Below, in pieces: positions 48,322 through 58,263 of a stretch of 63,932 nt of DNA (positions are counted from its first letter, which is position 1; each line of letters begins with the position of its first letter). The stretch is from Candidatus Rokuibacteriota bacterium (lineage in GTDB: Bacteria; Methylomirabilota; Methylomirabilia; Rokubacteriales; CSP1-6). Under the pieces are notes generated by a model. It had not been told where the DNA came from and made no database searches. It saw nothing but the letters and a program-made list of their open reading frames with translations. Both the position numbers and the translations under genes were made by a program. The stretch covers positions 1-63,932 of the forward strand of contig QHRX01000027.1 of NCBI GenBank assembly GCA_003221455.1. Direction: 5' to 3'.

Positions 48322-48450
48322 GTGGGAAGGTGGGACGGTAAGGCCGCGGTCGTCACAGGCATCGGCCGGTGCGCCGTGGAGGTGTTCGCCGATCCGGGGC
48401 CGCTCCTCGCCGACGACGCGCCGAGCTTCGTCACCGGCGGTGACCCGTGA
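48322..48450 (+). pseudogene. 42-codon collapsed SDR remnant
   Basis: MGRWDGKAAVVTG-IGRCAVEVFA-DPGPLLADDAPSFVTGGDP*: SDR N-terminus plus C-terminal L.SDD.SFVTG motif; strong SD. Confidence 0.65.
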
Positions 48451-48585
48451 TCGACGGCGGCCCGGCCGGAGGCCGGAGCACGCCAGTCCGGCCGCGGGGG
48501 CGTCGGCCGATGGGGCGCGCCGCGCTGCCGGCGACCGAGGCCGACCGGAGATCGGTGCCCGGTTAGACTGAAGGAGGCTCGGACG

Positions 48586-49281
48586 ATGCCACAGACGCCG
48601 CACGTCGAGCGACACTTCTCGGCCTCGGAGACGATCCGCGACATCGTCATCGGCATGTCCGACGGGCTAACGGTCCCCTTTGCGCTCGCGGCCGGGCTCT
48701 CCGGGGCTGCCCAGTCGAGTGGCGTCGTCATCACCGCCGGACTCGCCGAGATCGCGGCCGGGTCCATCGCGATGGGCCTGGGGGGGTACCTCGCCGCGCG
48801 GACGGACGCCGAGCACTACGAAGCAGAGCGCGCGCGCGAGGCGCGCGAGACGATCGAGATGCCCGAGGAGGAGACGGAAGAGGTCGCCCGTATTTTCCGC
48901 TCCTACGGGTTGCCCGAGGCCACGGTGGCGAGCGTGGCCCAGGCCATCCGGTCGAACCGCCGGCGCTGGGTCGACTTTATGATGAAGTTCGAGCTGGGGC
49001 TCGAGAAACCGGATCCGCGGCGCGCGCGGACGAGCGCGCTGACGATCGCGTTGTCCTACGTGGCGGGCGGCCTCGTGCCGCTCGCGCCGTACATGGTCGT
49101 CGCGCGCGCGGGGACGGCCCTCGCGTGGTCGGTCCTGCTGACCCTGCTCGCGCTGCTCGTGTTCGGGTACGTCAAGGGGATGTTCACCGTCAAGGCGCCG
49201 TTCCGGAGCGCCTGGCAGACCGCGCTGGTCGGCGGGCTGGCCGCGGCCGCGGCCTTCGCGATCGCGAAGCTCGTGGCGTAG
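48586..49281 (+). CDS. VIT1/CCC1 family Fe/Mn transporter
   Basis: RDIVIGMSDGL, AEIAAGSIAMGLGGYL, MMKFELG, GGLVPL.PY. Confidence 0.92.
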   Translation: MPQTPHVERHFSASETIRDIVIGMSDGLTVPFALAAGLSGAAQSSGVVITAGLAEIAAGSIAMGLGGYLAARTDAEHYEAERAREARETIEMPEEETEEVARIFRSYGLPEATVASVAQAIRSNRRRWVDFMMKFELGLEKPDPRRARTSALTIALSYVAGGLVPLAPYMVVARAGTALAWSVLLTLLALLVFGYVKGMFTVKAPFRSAWQTALVGGLAAAAAFAIAKLVA

Positions 49282-49641
49282 GCGCCGCGGCTCGGGCCGG
49301 CCCTGACTCTTGCGGTTCCCGCCCGCGATCGGGCCGTTCGTCCCCGGGGCTCATGCCGACCGAGGCGCGGCTCGGAGCACAGCCGGACGAAGCTCTTCCC
49401 CATCGGCCGGGAGTTCGGCCTGATGCCGATCGAGCTCTTCGAGTCGGGTACGGCGTCGACCGCGGTTCGCGGCGCGTGTGGCTCGACGTCCGGACTGGCG
49501 CCCGACTCTGCGAGCTCCGTCCAAGGCTCCGACAAGCCGTCGAGCGCCCACCAACCCACGTCGTCCCGGCGGTGGCCGCGTCTCGAGGGTGATCGAGGAC
49601 CTCCGCCCGCTCGCAAGGGCCACGCGGCCGGCGGCTCGAGC

Positions 49642-50103
49642 CTAACCGGGCCCGCCCGTGGCCGCGGGCCGGCGGCCGAGCAGGCTCATGCCTCTGAGCG
49701 TCAGGACGACCTCGCCGTGCTGGTTGCGCATCTCGAGCACCGAGCGAATGATGCCGCGGTCGGGCTTGCTGCGCGACGGAATGCTCTCGGTCACCGTCAT
49801 CCGTGCGGAGAGGGTGTCTCCGGGACGGACCGGCCGGAGCCAGCGTAGCTCGTCGATCCCGGGCGAGCCCAGGCTCACCGTGCCCTTCAGGAGCCCCTCG
49901 TAGAGCAAGCGCATCAGGAGTGAACCCGTGTGCCACCCGCTCGCCAGCAGCCCGCCGTAGATGGTGCGCTTGGCGGCCTCCTCGTCGACGTGAAACGCCT
50001 GCGGGTCGAACTCGGTGGCGAACGCGACGATCGCCTCCTTGGTGATCGTGCGGCTGCCGAGCTCGATCACCTCACCCGGCTTGAAGTCTTCGAAGTAGCG
50101 CAT
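49642..50103 (-). CDS. MaoC family dehydratase
   Basis: [30 protein letters not shown]. Confidence 0.9.
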   Translation of the reverse strand: MRYFEDFKPGEVIELGSRTITKEAIVAFATEFDPQAFHVDEEAAKRTIYGGLLASGWHTGSLLMRLLYEGLLKGTVSLGSPGIDELRWLRPVRPGDTLSARMTVTESIPSRSKPDRGIIRSVLEMRNQHGEVVLTLRGMSLLGRRPAATGGPG

Positions 50104-50337
50104 GTTGGCCCCACGGCTCCGCGTGAGCCGGAGATTAGGACGGCCAGGACCGCCCCGGGGATGCCGGCGGCGCGGCCTGCGCGCCAGTCTCGTGGCGGCC
50201 TCCCGGGTTCTGGCAGGCCCGGCGCCCGGTCGGCCGTGGGGTCGGAGGCCCTCGACACGCCCGCGGCATCCCGGGCTGGACCTGTATTACACTGCCCCAG
50301 CGTGCGCGGACCCCTGGCCCGCGCCGGAGGAGCGCGC

Positions 50338-50967
50338 ATGATCTTTCACGGCTACTATGCCGACGTCCCCGCCGATGAGGTCGACCGCTTCGTCCGCTCG
50401 CAGGAGCTGGGGCGTCTGGTGACGGTCGGCGAGGACGGCACGCCCCACGTCGGCCTCTACCCGTTCATCGTGAGCGGAAACCTCATCGAGCTCCATATCG
50501 TGCGGGAGGACGAGCAGGCCGCCGACCTCCGGGCGCGGCCGCGCTGCGTCTTCGAGGTCGACGAGGTGCTCGCCGTGATCCCCTCCTACTGGGTGCACCC
50601 CGAGTATGCCGGTGCGGCGACGGCGTACCACCGGACCGTGATCTTCGAGTGTCTGGGCTCGGTCAGCGAGGAGCCGGAGGCGGTCGCCGCCCAGCAGCTC
50701 CGCCTCCTGGCCAAACACCAGCAGGAGGGCGGCTTCCGGTCGCTCGCGGTCGGCGACCCGCTCTACGCAGGCCACCTCGCCCGGCTCGCCGCGCTCGGGC
50801 TCCAGGTCCTCCGGCGCCGCGTGAAGTTCAAGCTCGGCCAGAACCGGCCCGTCGAGACGCGGCGGCGCGTGATCGCCGAGCTCCGGAAGCGCGGGCGGCC
50901 GAACGACGCCCGCGCCGCGGACGCGCTCGAGTGGACGATCGCGCGCTCGGCCCCCCCGTCGGCCTGA
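50338..50967 (+). CDS. FMN-binding split-barrel protein (PaiB-like)
   Basis: GRLVT, PHVGL.PF, Y..V.F, KFKLGQNR. Confidence 0.75.
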   Translation: MIFHGYYADVPADEVDRFVRSQELGRLVTVGEDGTPHVGLYPFIVSGNLIELHIVREDEQAADLRARPRCVFEVDEVLAVIPSYWVHPEYAGAATAYHRTVIFECLGSVSEEPEAVAAQQLRLLAKHQQEGGFRSLAVGDPLYAGHLARLAALGLQVLRRRVKFKLGQNRPVETRRRVIAELRKRGRPNDARAADALEWTIARSAPPSA

Positions 50968-50982
50968 AGCCGCGAGGCGCCG

Positions 50983-52155
50983 ATGCCTCCACGCTGGGAC
51001 CTCTTGATCCGCGGGGGAACCCTGATCGACCCTGCCCAGGGCCTGTCGGCCCGGCGCGATGTCGCCCTCCAGGGCGGGCGGGTCGCCGCCGTCGCGGAGA
51101 CCCTCGCGAGCGCTGACGCCGGCGAGGTGGTCGACGCGGCCGGCGCCCTGGTCACGCCGGGCTTGATCGATCTCCACGCGCACGTCTACGACGGCGCGCT
51201 CCCGATCGGGATGCACGCCGACCGGGCGGCGCTCGTCAACGGCGTCACGACGGTGGTGGATGCCGGGAGCGCCGGGTGGATGACCTTCGCTGGCCTCCGC
51301 GACTACGTGATCCCGACCTACCGGACGCGAGTCTACGCGTTCCTGCACATTAGCGCGACGGGACTCGCGACCGTGCGCGTGGTCCCCGAGCTCGGCGACA
51401 TCAGGTTCGCCCAAGTGGAGGAGGCAGTGCGAGTGATCGGGGAGAACCGTGACCTGATCCTGGGAGTCAAGGTCCGGATCGCGCACGGCGGGACCGGCAA
51501 GGGGGATCAAGCCAACGCGCGCGAGGCGCTCCGGCGCGCCCGCCAGGCGGCCGACCAGGCCCGTGTCGGGCTGATGGTGCATGTCTCCGACACGCCGATC
51601 CCGCTTCCAGAAATCTTTGAGCACCTGCGGCCGGGGGACATCGCCACCCATATCTTCAACGGCAACGCCGAGCGGATCCTCGGCCCGGACGGCCGCGTTC
51701 GTCCCGAGGTCCGCGCGGCCGCCGAACGGGGAGTCGTGCTCGACGTCGGCCACGCCTCCGTGCACTGCGACGTGAAGGTCGCCGAGCGGGCGCTCGCGGA
51801 GGGTCTGCGCCCGACGACCCTCAGCACGGACCTGCACAAGCCGCCACCCGGGCGCATCGTCTACCACCTCCGCGGGCTGATGTCCAAGTTCCTCGCCCTC
51901 GGTCTCGGGCTCGAGGAGGTGGTCGCGTCGGTCACGAGCCGCCCGGCCGCCGCGCTCGGGAAATCGGCCGAGCTCGGGTCGCTGGCGCCCGGAATGGCGG
52001 GCGACGCGGTCGTGCTCGACCTCGAAGAGGGCCAGTTCGCGTACATCGACGGCGCCGGCAACACGGTCCGGGCGTCCCGCCGGTTCCGGGCACGACACGT
52101 GATCCGCGACGGGCGGCGGGTTGCCACGCCGGCGCCCGAGGCGGATCATGTCTGA
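50983..52155 (+). CDS. Amidohydrolase/deacetylase family metallohydrolase (dihydroorotase-like)
   Basis: PGLIDLHAHV, VDAGSAG, GVKVR, MVH, THIFNG, DVGHA, STDLH. Confidence 0.88.
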   Translation: MPPRWDLLIRGGTLIDPAQGLSARRDVALQGGRVAAVAETLASADAGEVVDAAGALVTPGLIDLHAHVYDGALPIGMHADRAALVNGVTTVVDAGSAGWMTFAGLRDYVIPTYRTRVYAFLHISATGLATVRVVPELGDIRFAQVEEAVRVIGENRDLILGVKVRIAHGGTGKGDQANAREALRRARQAADQARVGLMVHVSDTPIPLPEIFEHLRPGDIATHIFNGNAERILGPDGRVRPEVRAAAERGVVLDVGHASVHCDVKVAERALAEGLRPTTLSTDLHKPPPGRIVYHLRGLMSKFLALGLGLEEVVASVTSRPAAALGKSAELGSLAPGMAGDAVVLDLEEGQFAYIDGAGNTVRASRRFRARHVIRDGRRVATPAPEADHV

Positions 52156-52185
52156 GACGACCACAAACCCGGAAGGAGTGCGACG

Positions 52186-52479
52186 ATGACGCGTCTCTCC
52201 GCCCTCGTTCTTGCCCTCTCGCTGGGGCCGCACTTGCTCGCGGCGCCCGCGCTGGCCTGCGACTCGGCCGGCCCCAACACTCACGTCGGGGTCGTGACCG
52301 CCGTCGACCGCGCCCGGAGCACGCTGACCTTGAGGGACGCCGAGACGGGCGGCGCGCTGACGTTCGTGGCGCGGCCGGATCTCCTCCGCGGCATCGCGCC
52401 GAATGACGCGGTCAGCGTCACGTTCGCCGCCGAGGGCAAGACCCTCCGGGCGACGTCGGTCGAAAAGGGCGGACGCTGA
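52186..52479 (+). CDS. Small exported OB-fold-like protein
   Basis: Signal peptide, G.VTAVD....LTL, L.GI..ND.V.VTF pattern. Confidence 0.65.
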   Translation: MTRLSALVLALSLGPHLLAAPALACDSAGPNTHVGVVTAVDRARSTLTLRDAETGGALTFVARPDLLRGIAPNDAVSVTFAAEGKTLRATSVEKGGR

Positions 52480-52493
52480 GGCCGGGGAGGCGG

Positions 52494-53261
52494 CTATCGC
52501 TCCGCCACCAGGATCCGGACCGGATAGGCGACGTGGACCTCGGCACCCCGACGATGCGCGCCGATGCCGAGCGCGTCGTCGACCACGGAGTCGATGATCG
52601 CCTGGCGGACCTTCACGTCGTTGCCCGGTTCGGGGAACGAGCGCCCGAGTAGCCCCTCCAGCTCGCTCCGGAGGTCGTAGGCCGTCGTCCGCGGTGTGGG
52701 GAGCCCGACCGCCGAGAACAGCGCGAGCAGCTCGGCCAGCGGCAGCGCGCGCACGTGGGAGGGGTCGCGGAGCCTCTCCATGCGGTTGAAGGCGGCCGCC
52801 TTCGCCGGGTCGGGCGAGGCCTCGACGTCGGTCACGACGACCTTGCCCCCCGGCGCGCAGACACGCTTCATCTCGGCGAGGACCCCCGCCGGCTCCGGGA
52901 TGTGATGGAACGCGAACCGCGAGGCGACGATCGTGAACGAGGCGTCGGGGTAGGGGAGGGCGCGGACGTCCCCAACCTCGAACGTCACGTTGCGGAGACC
53001 GCTCTCCCGCTGGACTCCCTGTGCGCGCTCGATCATGGCCGGCGTGAGGTCGATTCCGGTCACGTGGCGGACGACCCGCGCGAAGGCGCACACGACCAGG
53101 CCAGGGCCGCAGGCCACGTCGAGCACGGTGTCGTCGGGTCCGGCGCCCGTGAAGTCCACCAGGAGCCGCAGCGCCTCCTCGTCTCGAACGCCGGGCGCGT
53201 TCGAGAAGGGGATCGCCTGCTTGGTGAACTGGTCTCGGATCGTGTCTTGGTGGGAGTGCAT
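52494..53261 (-). CDS. Class I SAM-dependent methyltransferase
   Basis: VLDVACGPG, GIDLTP, GDVRALPY, FAFHH, RLRDPSHVR. Confidence 0.9.
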   Translation of the reverse strand: MHSHQDTIRDQFTKQAIPFSNAPGVRDEEALRLLVDFTGAGPDDTVLDVACGPGLVVCAFARVVRHVTGIDLTPAMIERAQGVQRESGLRNVTFEVGDVRALPYPDASFTIVASRFAFHHIPEPAGVLAEMKRVCAPGGKVVVTDVEASPDPAKAAAFNRMERLRDPSHVRALPLAELLALFSAVGLPTPRTTAYDLRSELEGLLGRSFPEPGNDVKVRQAIIDSVVDDALGIGAHRRGAEVHVAYPVRILVAER

Positions 53262-53301
53262 GCCTCCCCCCTGAGCGCCGGGGCGCCCGGCCGTCACCGG
53301 G

Positions 53302-53616
53302 TCACCGGTCGCGCAGACGGTTGCGCAAGTACTTGAAGAGCGAGAGGCCGCCGGTCAGGGGCACGAGCGCGAGCTGCCGGAACAGCTCGTGGCGGTGCTG
53401 CTCGCGCGCGCGCTCGCGAGCCGCCTCGACCTGCATCCGGCCGAGGTGGACCAGCCCGTACTTGAGAAAATCCACGCCGCACGCGTCGCAGGTGCCGCCG
53501 TGGCTCTGCGCCTGGCCGCAGGCGGGGCAGGTGAAGCGAAGCGGAGTGTGGCAGCGCGAGCAGAAGCGCGCCGTCTCGGGATTTTCCTGGCGGCACCGCG
53601 TGCACTCCACGGCCAT
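53302..53616 (-). CDS. Double zinc-ribbon protein
   Basis: CTRC..ENP..ARFCSRC...CPAC...CDAC; C-terminal amphipathic/hydrophobic helix. Confidence 0.8.
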   Translation of the reverse strand: MAVECTRCRQENPETARFCSRCHTPLRFTCPACGQAQSHGGTCDACGVDFLKYGLVHLGRMQVEAARERAREQHRHELFRQLALVPLTGGLSLFKYLRNRLRDR

Positions 53617-53650
53617 CGTTGGCTCCATCATAGCGCCGGCGGCGCGGGCG

Positions 53651-53679
53651 TTGACAGCGCCATCCGCCCCTGCGATAAG
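53651..53679 (+). promoter_or_regulatory. sigma70 promoter of peptide ABC operon
   Basis: TTGACA-N17-GATAAG with TG extension. Confidence 0.55.
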
Positions 53680-53728
53680 CATAGCGGGCTCTCGCCCGGG
53701 CGGGCGGGGGCGGGAGGCTCGCACGGCC

Positions 53729-55282
53729 GTGACGAGGCGACAACATCGGTGGGGACGCGGGCCCGGCGCGGTCGCGGCCGGCCTGCTCGTCGGCGTCGCA
53801 CTCGGCGCCGGACCGGCACGGGCCGCCACCTTCCGGATCGCCGTCGGTATCGACCCCGACACGATGGATCCCGTGCAGACGACGACCACCACCGTCGGCA
53901 ACCTCGTGGACTACACGGTGGAGACGCTGACCACGATCGACGAGGCCGGCCGGATCCTGCCCCTGCTCGCGGAGGGCTGGACGGTCTCGGCCGACGGCCG
54001 CCAATACACGTTCAAGCTGCACCCCGGGGTGCGCTTCCACGACGGCTCCCCGTTCGACGCGAAGGCGGTCAAGTGGAACTTCGACCGGCTGATCGATCCC
54101 GCTGTGCGGGTCCCGATCCGCGCTGCCTACCCGATCGAGAAGACGGACGTCGTCGACCCGCTGACGGTCCGGATCACGCTCAAGCACCCGTACGCGGCCT
54201 TCCTCGGCGCCCTCTCCTCGACGACGTCGGGACTGCTGTCGCCGGCGTCGGCCGTCGCACCCGGCAACGACTACAAGAACTACGTTCACATCGTGGGAAC
54301 CGGTCCGTACACGCTCGCGGAGCGGCGGAAGGGCGAGAGCCTCACCTTCGCGCGGTATCCCGCGTACTGGGGCCGGCCGACGTCGTACGAGTCGGTCGTC
54401 GTTCGCATCGTTCCCGAGGCAGCGACCCGCGAGAGCCTGCTCCTCGCGGGCCAGGTGGATCTGATCATCCTGCCGCCGCTCGCCGACGTGCCCGCGCTTC
54501 AGCGGAACCCGGCGCTCAAGGTCCTGCTCGCGCCGAGCGACCGGACGATCTTCGTCGCGATCAACACCCGGAAGCCGCTGCTCTCCGACCGGCGCGTGCG
54601 GCAGGCGCTCAACTACGCGGTGGACAAGGCGGCGATCGTGAAGAACGTCCTCTTCGGCGCCGCCGACCCCATGGACGCCCCGATGGCCTCGACGCTGTTC
54701 GGGTACTGCCGGACCGGGGCCTACGCGCACGATCCGACGAGGGCGAAGACGCTCCTCGCGCAGGCGGGGATCACGCCGGGGACGAGGCTCCAGCTCCTCC
54801 ACCCCACCGGGCGCTACGTCCAGGACAAGGAGGCCGCGCAGGCGATCGCCGGCTACCTCCGCGAGGTCGGGCTCGTGGTCGAACTTCAAACGATGGACTG
54901 GCCGTCGTACGTCGCGACCATCTCGACCCCGGCCGAGCGGAACACCACCCAGCTCCATTTTCTCGGCTGGGCGCCCCCCTTCCTCGACGCCTCCCAGCAG
55001 GCCCTCCAGTTCCTCTCGACGTACGCCCCTCCGGGCGGCCTCGCGACGAGCTTCTACGCGAACCCGGAGGTGGACAGGCTGATCCTCGCCGCCGAGCAAG
55101 AGCTCAGCCCCGACCGGCGGCGGAGCCTCTACTGCGAGGCGTCGAAGCAGGTGTGGGAGGACGCCCCATGGGTCTTTCTCTGGGTACAGCGTTTCCCGAT
55201 CGTCTACTCTGCGAAGGTGACGGACGTGGGATCCCTCCCGAACGAGAAGTTCGCCGCGGTCCACGCGCGTCCGGCTCGCTAG
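53729..55282 (+). CDS. Family 5 (DppA/GsiB-like) solute-binding protein
   Basis: PLLAEGW.VS.DG..YTFKL..GV.FHDG, GTGPY, RVRQALNYAVDK. Confidence 0.9.
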   Translation: MTRRQHRWGRGPGAVAAGLLVGVALGAGPARAATFRIAVGIDPDTMDPVQTTTTTVGNLVDYTVETLTTIDEAGRILPLLAEGWTVSADGRQYTFKLHPGVRFHDGSPFDAKAVKWNFDRLIDPAVRVPIRAAYPIEKTDVVDPLTVRITLKHPYAAFLGALSSTTSGLLSPASAVAPGNDYKNYVHIVGTGPYTLAERRKGESLTFARYPAYWGRPTSYESVVVRIVPEAATRESLLLAGQVDLIILPPLADVPALQRNPALKVLLAPSDRTIFVAINTRKPLLSDRRVRQALNYAVDKAAIVKNVLFGAADPMDAPMASTLFGYCRTGAYAHDPTRAKTLLAQAGITPGTRLQLLHPTGRYVQDKEAAQAIAGYLREVGLVVELQTMDWPSYVATISTPAERNTTQLHFLGWAPPFLDASQQALQFLSTYAPPGGLATSFYANPEVDRLILAAEQELSPDRRRSLYCEASKQVWEDAPWVFLWVQRFPIVYSAKVTDVGSLPNEKFAAVHARPAR

Positions 55283-55343
55283 GTGACGCGGAGCGGGACA
55301 GCGGCGCGCGCCGGCAGCGCCGGGATCCCGGTGCGGCCGGTCG

Positions 55344-56273
55344 ATGACGACGCTCCGGCGATACCTGGCCGAGCGACTTGCCGCCGCCGTCGTCACGCTG
55401 CTCGGCGTCTCGCTCATCGTGTTCTTGATGGTCCGCGTGCTCCCGGGCGACCCCGCCCGCGTCATCGCCGGCGTTCTCGCGAGCGAGGAAGAAGTGGGCC
55501 GCCTCCGGAGCCAGCTCGAGCTGGACCGGTCACTCCCGGTGCAGTACGGCAGCTTCCTCCTCCGGCTCGCGCGGGGGAACCTCGGCGTTTCCGCGCGCAC
55601 GTCGGAGCCGGTCACGCGGGAGGTGCTCGGACGGCTGCCGAGAACGGTCGAGCTGGCCGTCGTGAGCTCGGCCATCGCGACCGCCATCGGTATCGCCGCC
55701 GGCGTGGCCGCCGCGGCCTGTCCGTACTCCATCGTCGACTACCTGCTGTCGGTGGTGACGCTCTCCGGCGTCTCGATGCCCGTCTACTGGCTCGGCCTCG
55801 TCCTGATCATCGTCTTTGCCATCGACCTCAACTGGCTGCCCGCCGCCGGCGCCGAGGAGCCCGCCAGCATCGTGCTGCCCGCCCTCACTCTGGGCGCCTT
55901 CTCGATGGCCCTCATCGCGCGCATGACGCGGTCGAGCGTACTCGAGGTGCTCGGGCAGGACTACGTACGCACGGCGCGGGCCAAGGGCCTCGCCGAGCGG
56001 GCGGTCCTCTGGCGTCACGCCCTCGGCAACGCGCTCGTCCCGATCATCACCGCCGTCGGGCTCCAGTTCGGCGCCCTGCTCGGCGGGGCGGTCCTCACCG
56101 AATCGGTGTTCGGCTGGCCGGGGCTTGGGCTGCTCCTGATCGACTCGATCTTCGCTCGCGACTACCCGGTGGTGCAGGGCATCGTGCTGACCTTCTCGGC
56201 GCTGTTCACCCTGACGAACCTGCTCGTCGACCTCCTCTACGCGTATGTCGATCCGCGTATCCATTACGGCTGA
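55344..56273 (+). CDS. Peptide/nickel ABC permease (DppB/GsiC-like)
   Basis: PGDPA, GNLG.S, DYVRTARAKGL, TESVF.WPGLG, RDYPVVQG, DPRI. Confidence 0.92.
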   Translation: MTTLRRYLAERLAAAVVTLLGVSLIVFLMVRVLPGDPARVIAGVLASEEEVGRLRSQLELDRSLPVQYGSFLLRLARGNLGVSARTSEPVTREVLGRLPRTVELAVVSSAIATAIGIAAGVAAAACPYSIVDYLLSVVTLSGVSMPVYWLGLVLIIVFAIDLNWLPAAGAEEPASIVLPALTLGAFSMALIARMTRSSVLEVLGQDYVRTARAKGLAERAVLWRHALGNALVPIITAVGLQFGALLGGAVLTESVFGWPGLGLLLIDSIFARDYPVVQGIVLTFSALFTLTNLLVDLLYAYVDPRIHYG

Positions 56274-57144
56274 GCGGTCTGGGGCCCGGCACCGGCCGCG
56301 CTGGCCCTACGGACTCCGGAGCTGGCGACGCTTCCGGCGCCACCGGGCCGCTACCGCCGGCCTCCTGCTGCTCCTGGCGCTCTCCGGTCTGGCGCTGGCC
56401 GCGCCGGCGCTTACCCCAGAGGATCCCGAGGGCCAGGACCTCGGTCGGGCGCTCGCGCCGGCCTCCCGGCTGCACCCGCTCGGCACCGACCACCTCGGAC
56501 GCGACCTGCTGGCGCGACTCCTCTACGGGGGGCGGCTCTCGCTCCTGATCGGTTTCCTGGCCGTCGGCCTCGGGCTCGCCGTCGGCGTTCCGCTCGGCGC
56601 GATCTCTGGGTTCCGCGGCGGGGTGACGGACCTGATCATCCAGCGGTTCGCCGACGTCCTCTTGTCCTTCCCTGGCTTCCTGCTGGCGCTCTCGCTGGTC
56701 TCGGTGCTGGGCGTGGGGCTCCAAAACGTCGTGATCGCGGTCGGGGTCGGCGCGATCCCCTCCTTCATCCGGCTCGTCCGCGGCTCCGTGCTCTCGATTC
56801 GCCAGCAGACCTACGTCGAGGCCGCGGCGGCGATTGGCCAGCGGCAGCGCACCATCATCTTCTGCCACGTCCTGCCCAACGCGATCGCGCCCGTCATCGT
56901 CCAGGCCACGCTCAACCTGGGCTCCGCGATCCTCGTCGCGGCCGGCCTCGGTTTCCTCGGCCTCGGCGTCCAGCCGCCGACCCCCGAATGGGGCACGATG
57001 CTCGGCGAGGGCCGCCAGTACATCTTCCGCACGCCCGCCCTGACCACGTACCCGGGGCTGGCGATCTTCCTGGCGGTTCTCGGCTTCAACCTCTTCGGCG
57101 ATGGGCTTCGCGACGCCCTGGATCCGCGCATGGGAACCCGGTGA
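56245..57144 (+). CDS. Peptide/nickel ABC permease (DppC/GsiD-like)
   Basis: HPLGTD.LGRD, YVEAA.A.G, HVLPN, PPTPEWG, GDGLRDALDPR. Confidence 0.92.
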   Translation: MSIRVSITAERSGARHRPRWPYGLRSWRRFRRHRAATAGLLLLLALSGLALAAPALTPEDPEGQDLGRALAPASRLHPLGTDHLGRDLLARLLYGGRLSLLIGFLAVGLGLAVGVPLGAISGFRGGVTDLIIQRFADVLLSFPGFLLALSLVSVLGVGLQNVVIAVGVGAIPSFIRLVRGSVLSIRQQTYVEAAAAIGQRQRTIIFCHVLPNAIAPVIVQATLNLGSAILVAAGLGFLGLGVQPPTPEWGTMLGEGRQYIFRTPALTTYPGLAIFLAVLGFNLFGDGLRDALDPRMGTR

Positions 57145-57444
57145 AGGGGAGGTCAGCTGGCGGCGACGGTGGTGCAGGCGTGTGGGGGCGGTTCGGACGC
57201 GGGTGCCGCGCGACGTCCCCCTCACCCAACGACCGACACTGCGGGCAGGGCCGGGATGCGCCCGAGGCAAGAGTACGGACGCCGCGCAAGGCTCGAGCGC
57301 AAATCGTCGTGCCGGCCACGGCCGGCGCGGCGATCTCCCGCCCGTCCGGGTCGGCGCGGGCTAGCGAAGGGTCGTCGGGACACGCCCGCCGGGTGGCGCG
57401 GACCCGTGGGGATGGGGATAATGGCGCGCACTAGGGAGGCCCAG

Positions 57445-58206
57445 ATGAAGCTCATGGATCGGGTGGCGATAGTGACTGGAGGGGGATCGGGGATCGGCGC
57501 CGCGTCGGCACTCGCGTTCGCCCGGGAGGGGGCGCGCGTCCTGGTGGCCGACATCGACGAGGCGGGCGCCAAGACGACCGCGGAGCAGATCGAGCGACAG
57601 GGAGGCCAGGCGGCGGCCGCCCGCGCGGACGTCGCGCGCGCGGCCGACAACCAGACGCTGGTCGAGCGCGCGGTCGCCATGTGGGGGCAGCTCGACGTGT
57701 TCCTCGCCAATGCAGGCGTGCCCCAGTGGCCGACGGACATCGAGGATGTCGATGAGACCGTCTTCGACCGGATCATGGCCGTCAACGTCAAGGGCGTCTG
57801 GCTCGGAGCAAAGTACGCGCTCCCGGTCATGAAGCGTCAGCGGCGGGGCGTCTTCCTGATCACGGCCTCGACGGCGGCGACGCGGCCGCGGCGGGGAGGG
57901 CAGACGTATGCCGCCTCGAAGGGCGCCGTGGTGACGCTGACGAAGAGTCTGGCCCTCGAGGCGGCGCCGCACGGCGTCCGCGTCGTGGCAATCGCGCCCG
58001 TTGCCACCGAGACCCCGATGCTGGCGACCTTCATGGCGAAGCCTGCCGTGGACGCGGAGGGCCGGAGTCGCTATATCGCCACCGTTCCCCTCGGGCGCCT
58101 CAACCAGCCCGAGGACCTCGCGCGGACCGCGGTCTTTCTCGCCTCCGACGACGCGGCGATGATCACGGGCTCGTGCGTGCTGGTGGACGGCGGCCGGTGC
58201 GCGTAG
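57445..58206 (+). CDS. SDR family oxidoreductase (FabG-like)
   Basis: VTGGGSGIG, ANAG, VNVKG, YAASKG, PLGR, ITG..VLVDGG. Confidence 0.92.
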   Translation: MKLMDRVAIVTGGGSGIGAASALAFAREGARVLVADIDEAGAKTTAEQIERQGGQAAAARADVARAADNQTLVERAVAMWGQLDVFLANAGVPQWPTDIEDVDETVFDRIMAVNVKGVWLGAKYALPVMKRQRRGVFLITASTAATRPRRGGQTYAASKGAVVTLTKSLALEAAPHGVRVVAIAPVATETPMLATFMAKPAVDAEGRSRYIATVPLGRLNQPEDLARTAVFLASDDAAMITGSCVLVDGGRCA

Positions 58207-58263
58207 GCGGCCTCGGTTAAGCTCGCCCGTCGTGGGCGAGGGTGCGTCCGTCCGTGGAAGTGT

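Noticed and set aside
49353-49592. 79-aa ORF MPTEARLG...RVWLDVRTGARLCELRP
   Set aside because: No SD and no recognisable motif; cannot distinguish from chance
50153-50275. Distant inverted repeat CCC(G)GGGATGCCG / CGGCATCCCGGG as a possible MITE
   Set aside because: Imperfect, single copy in the window, no target-site duplication; likely in 70% GC DNA
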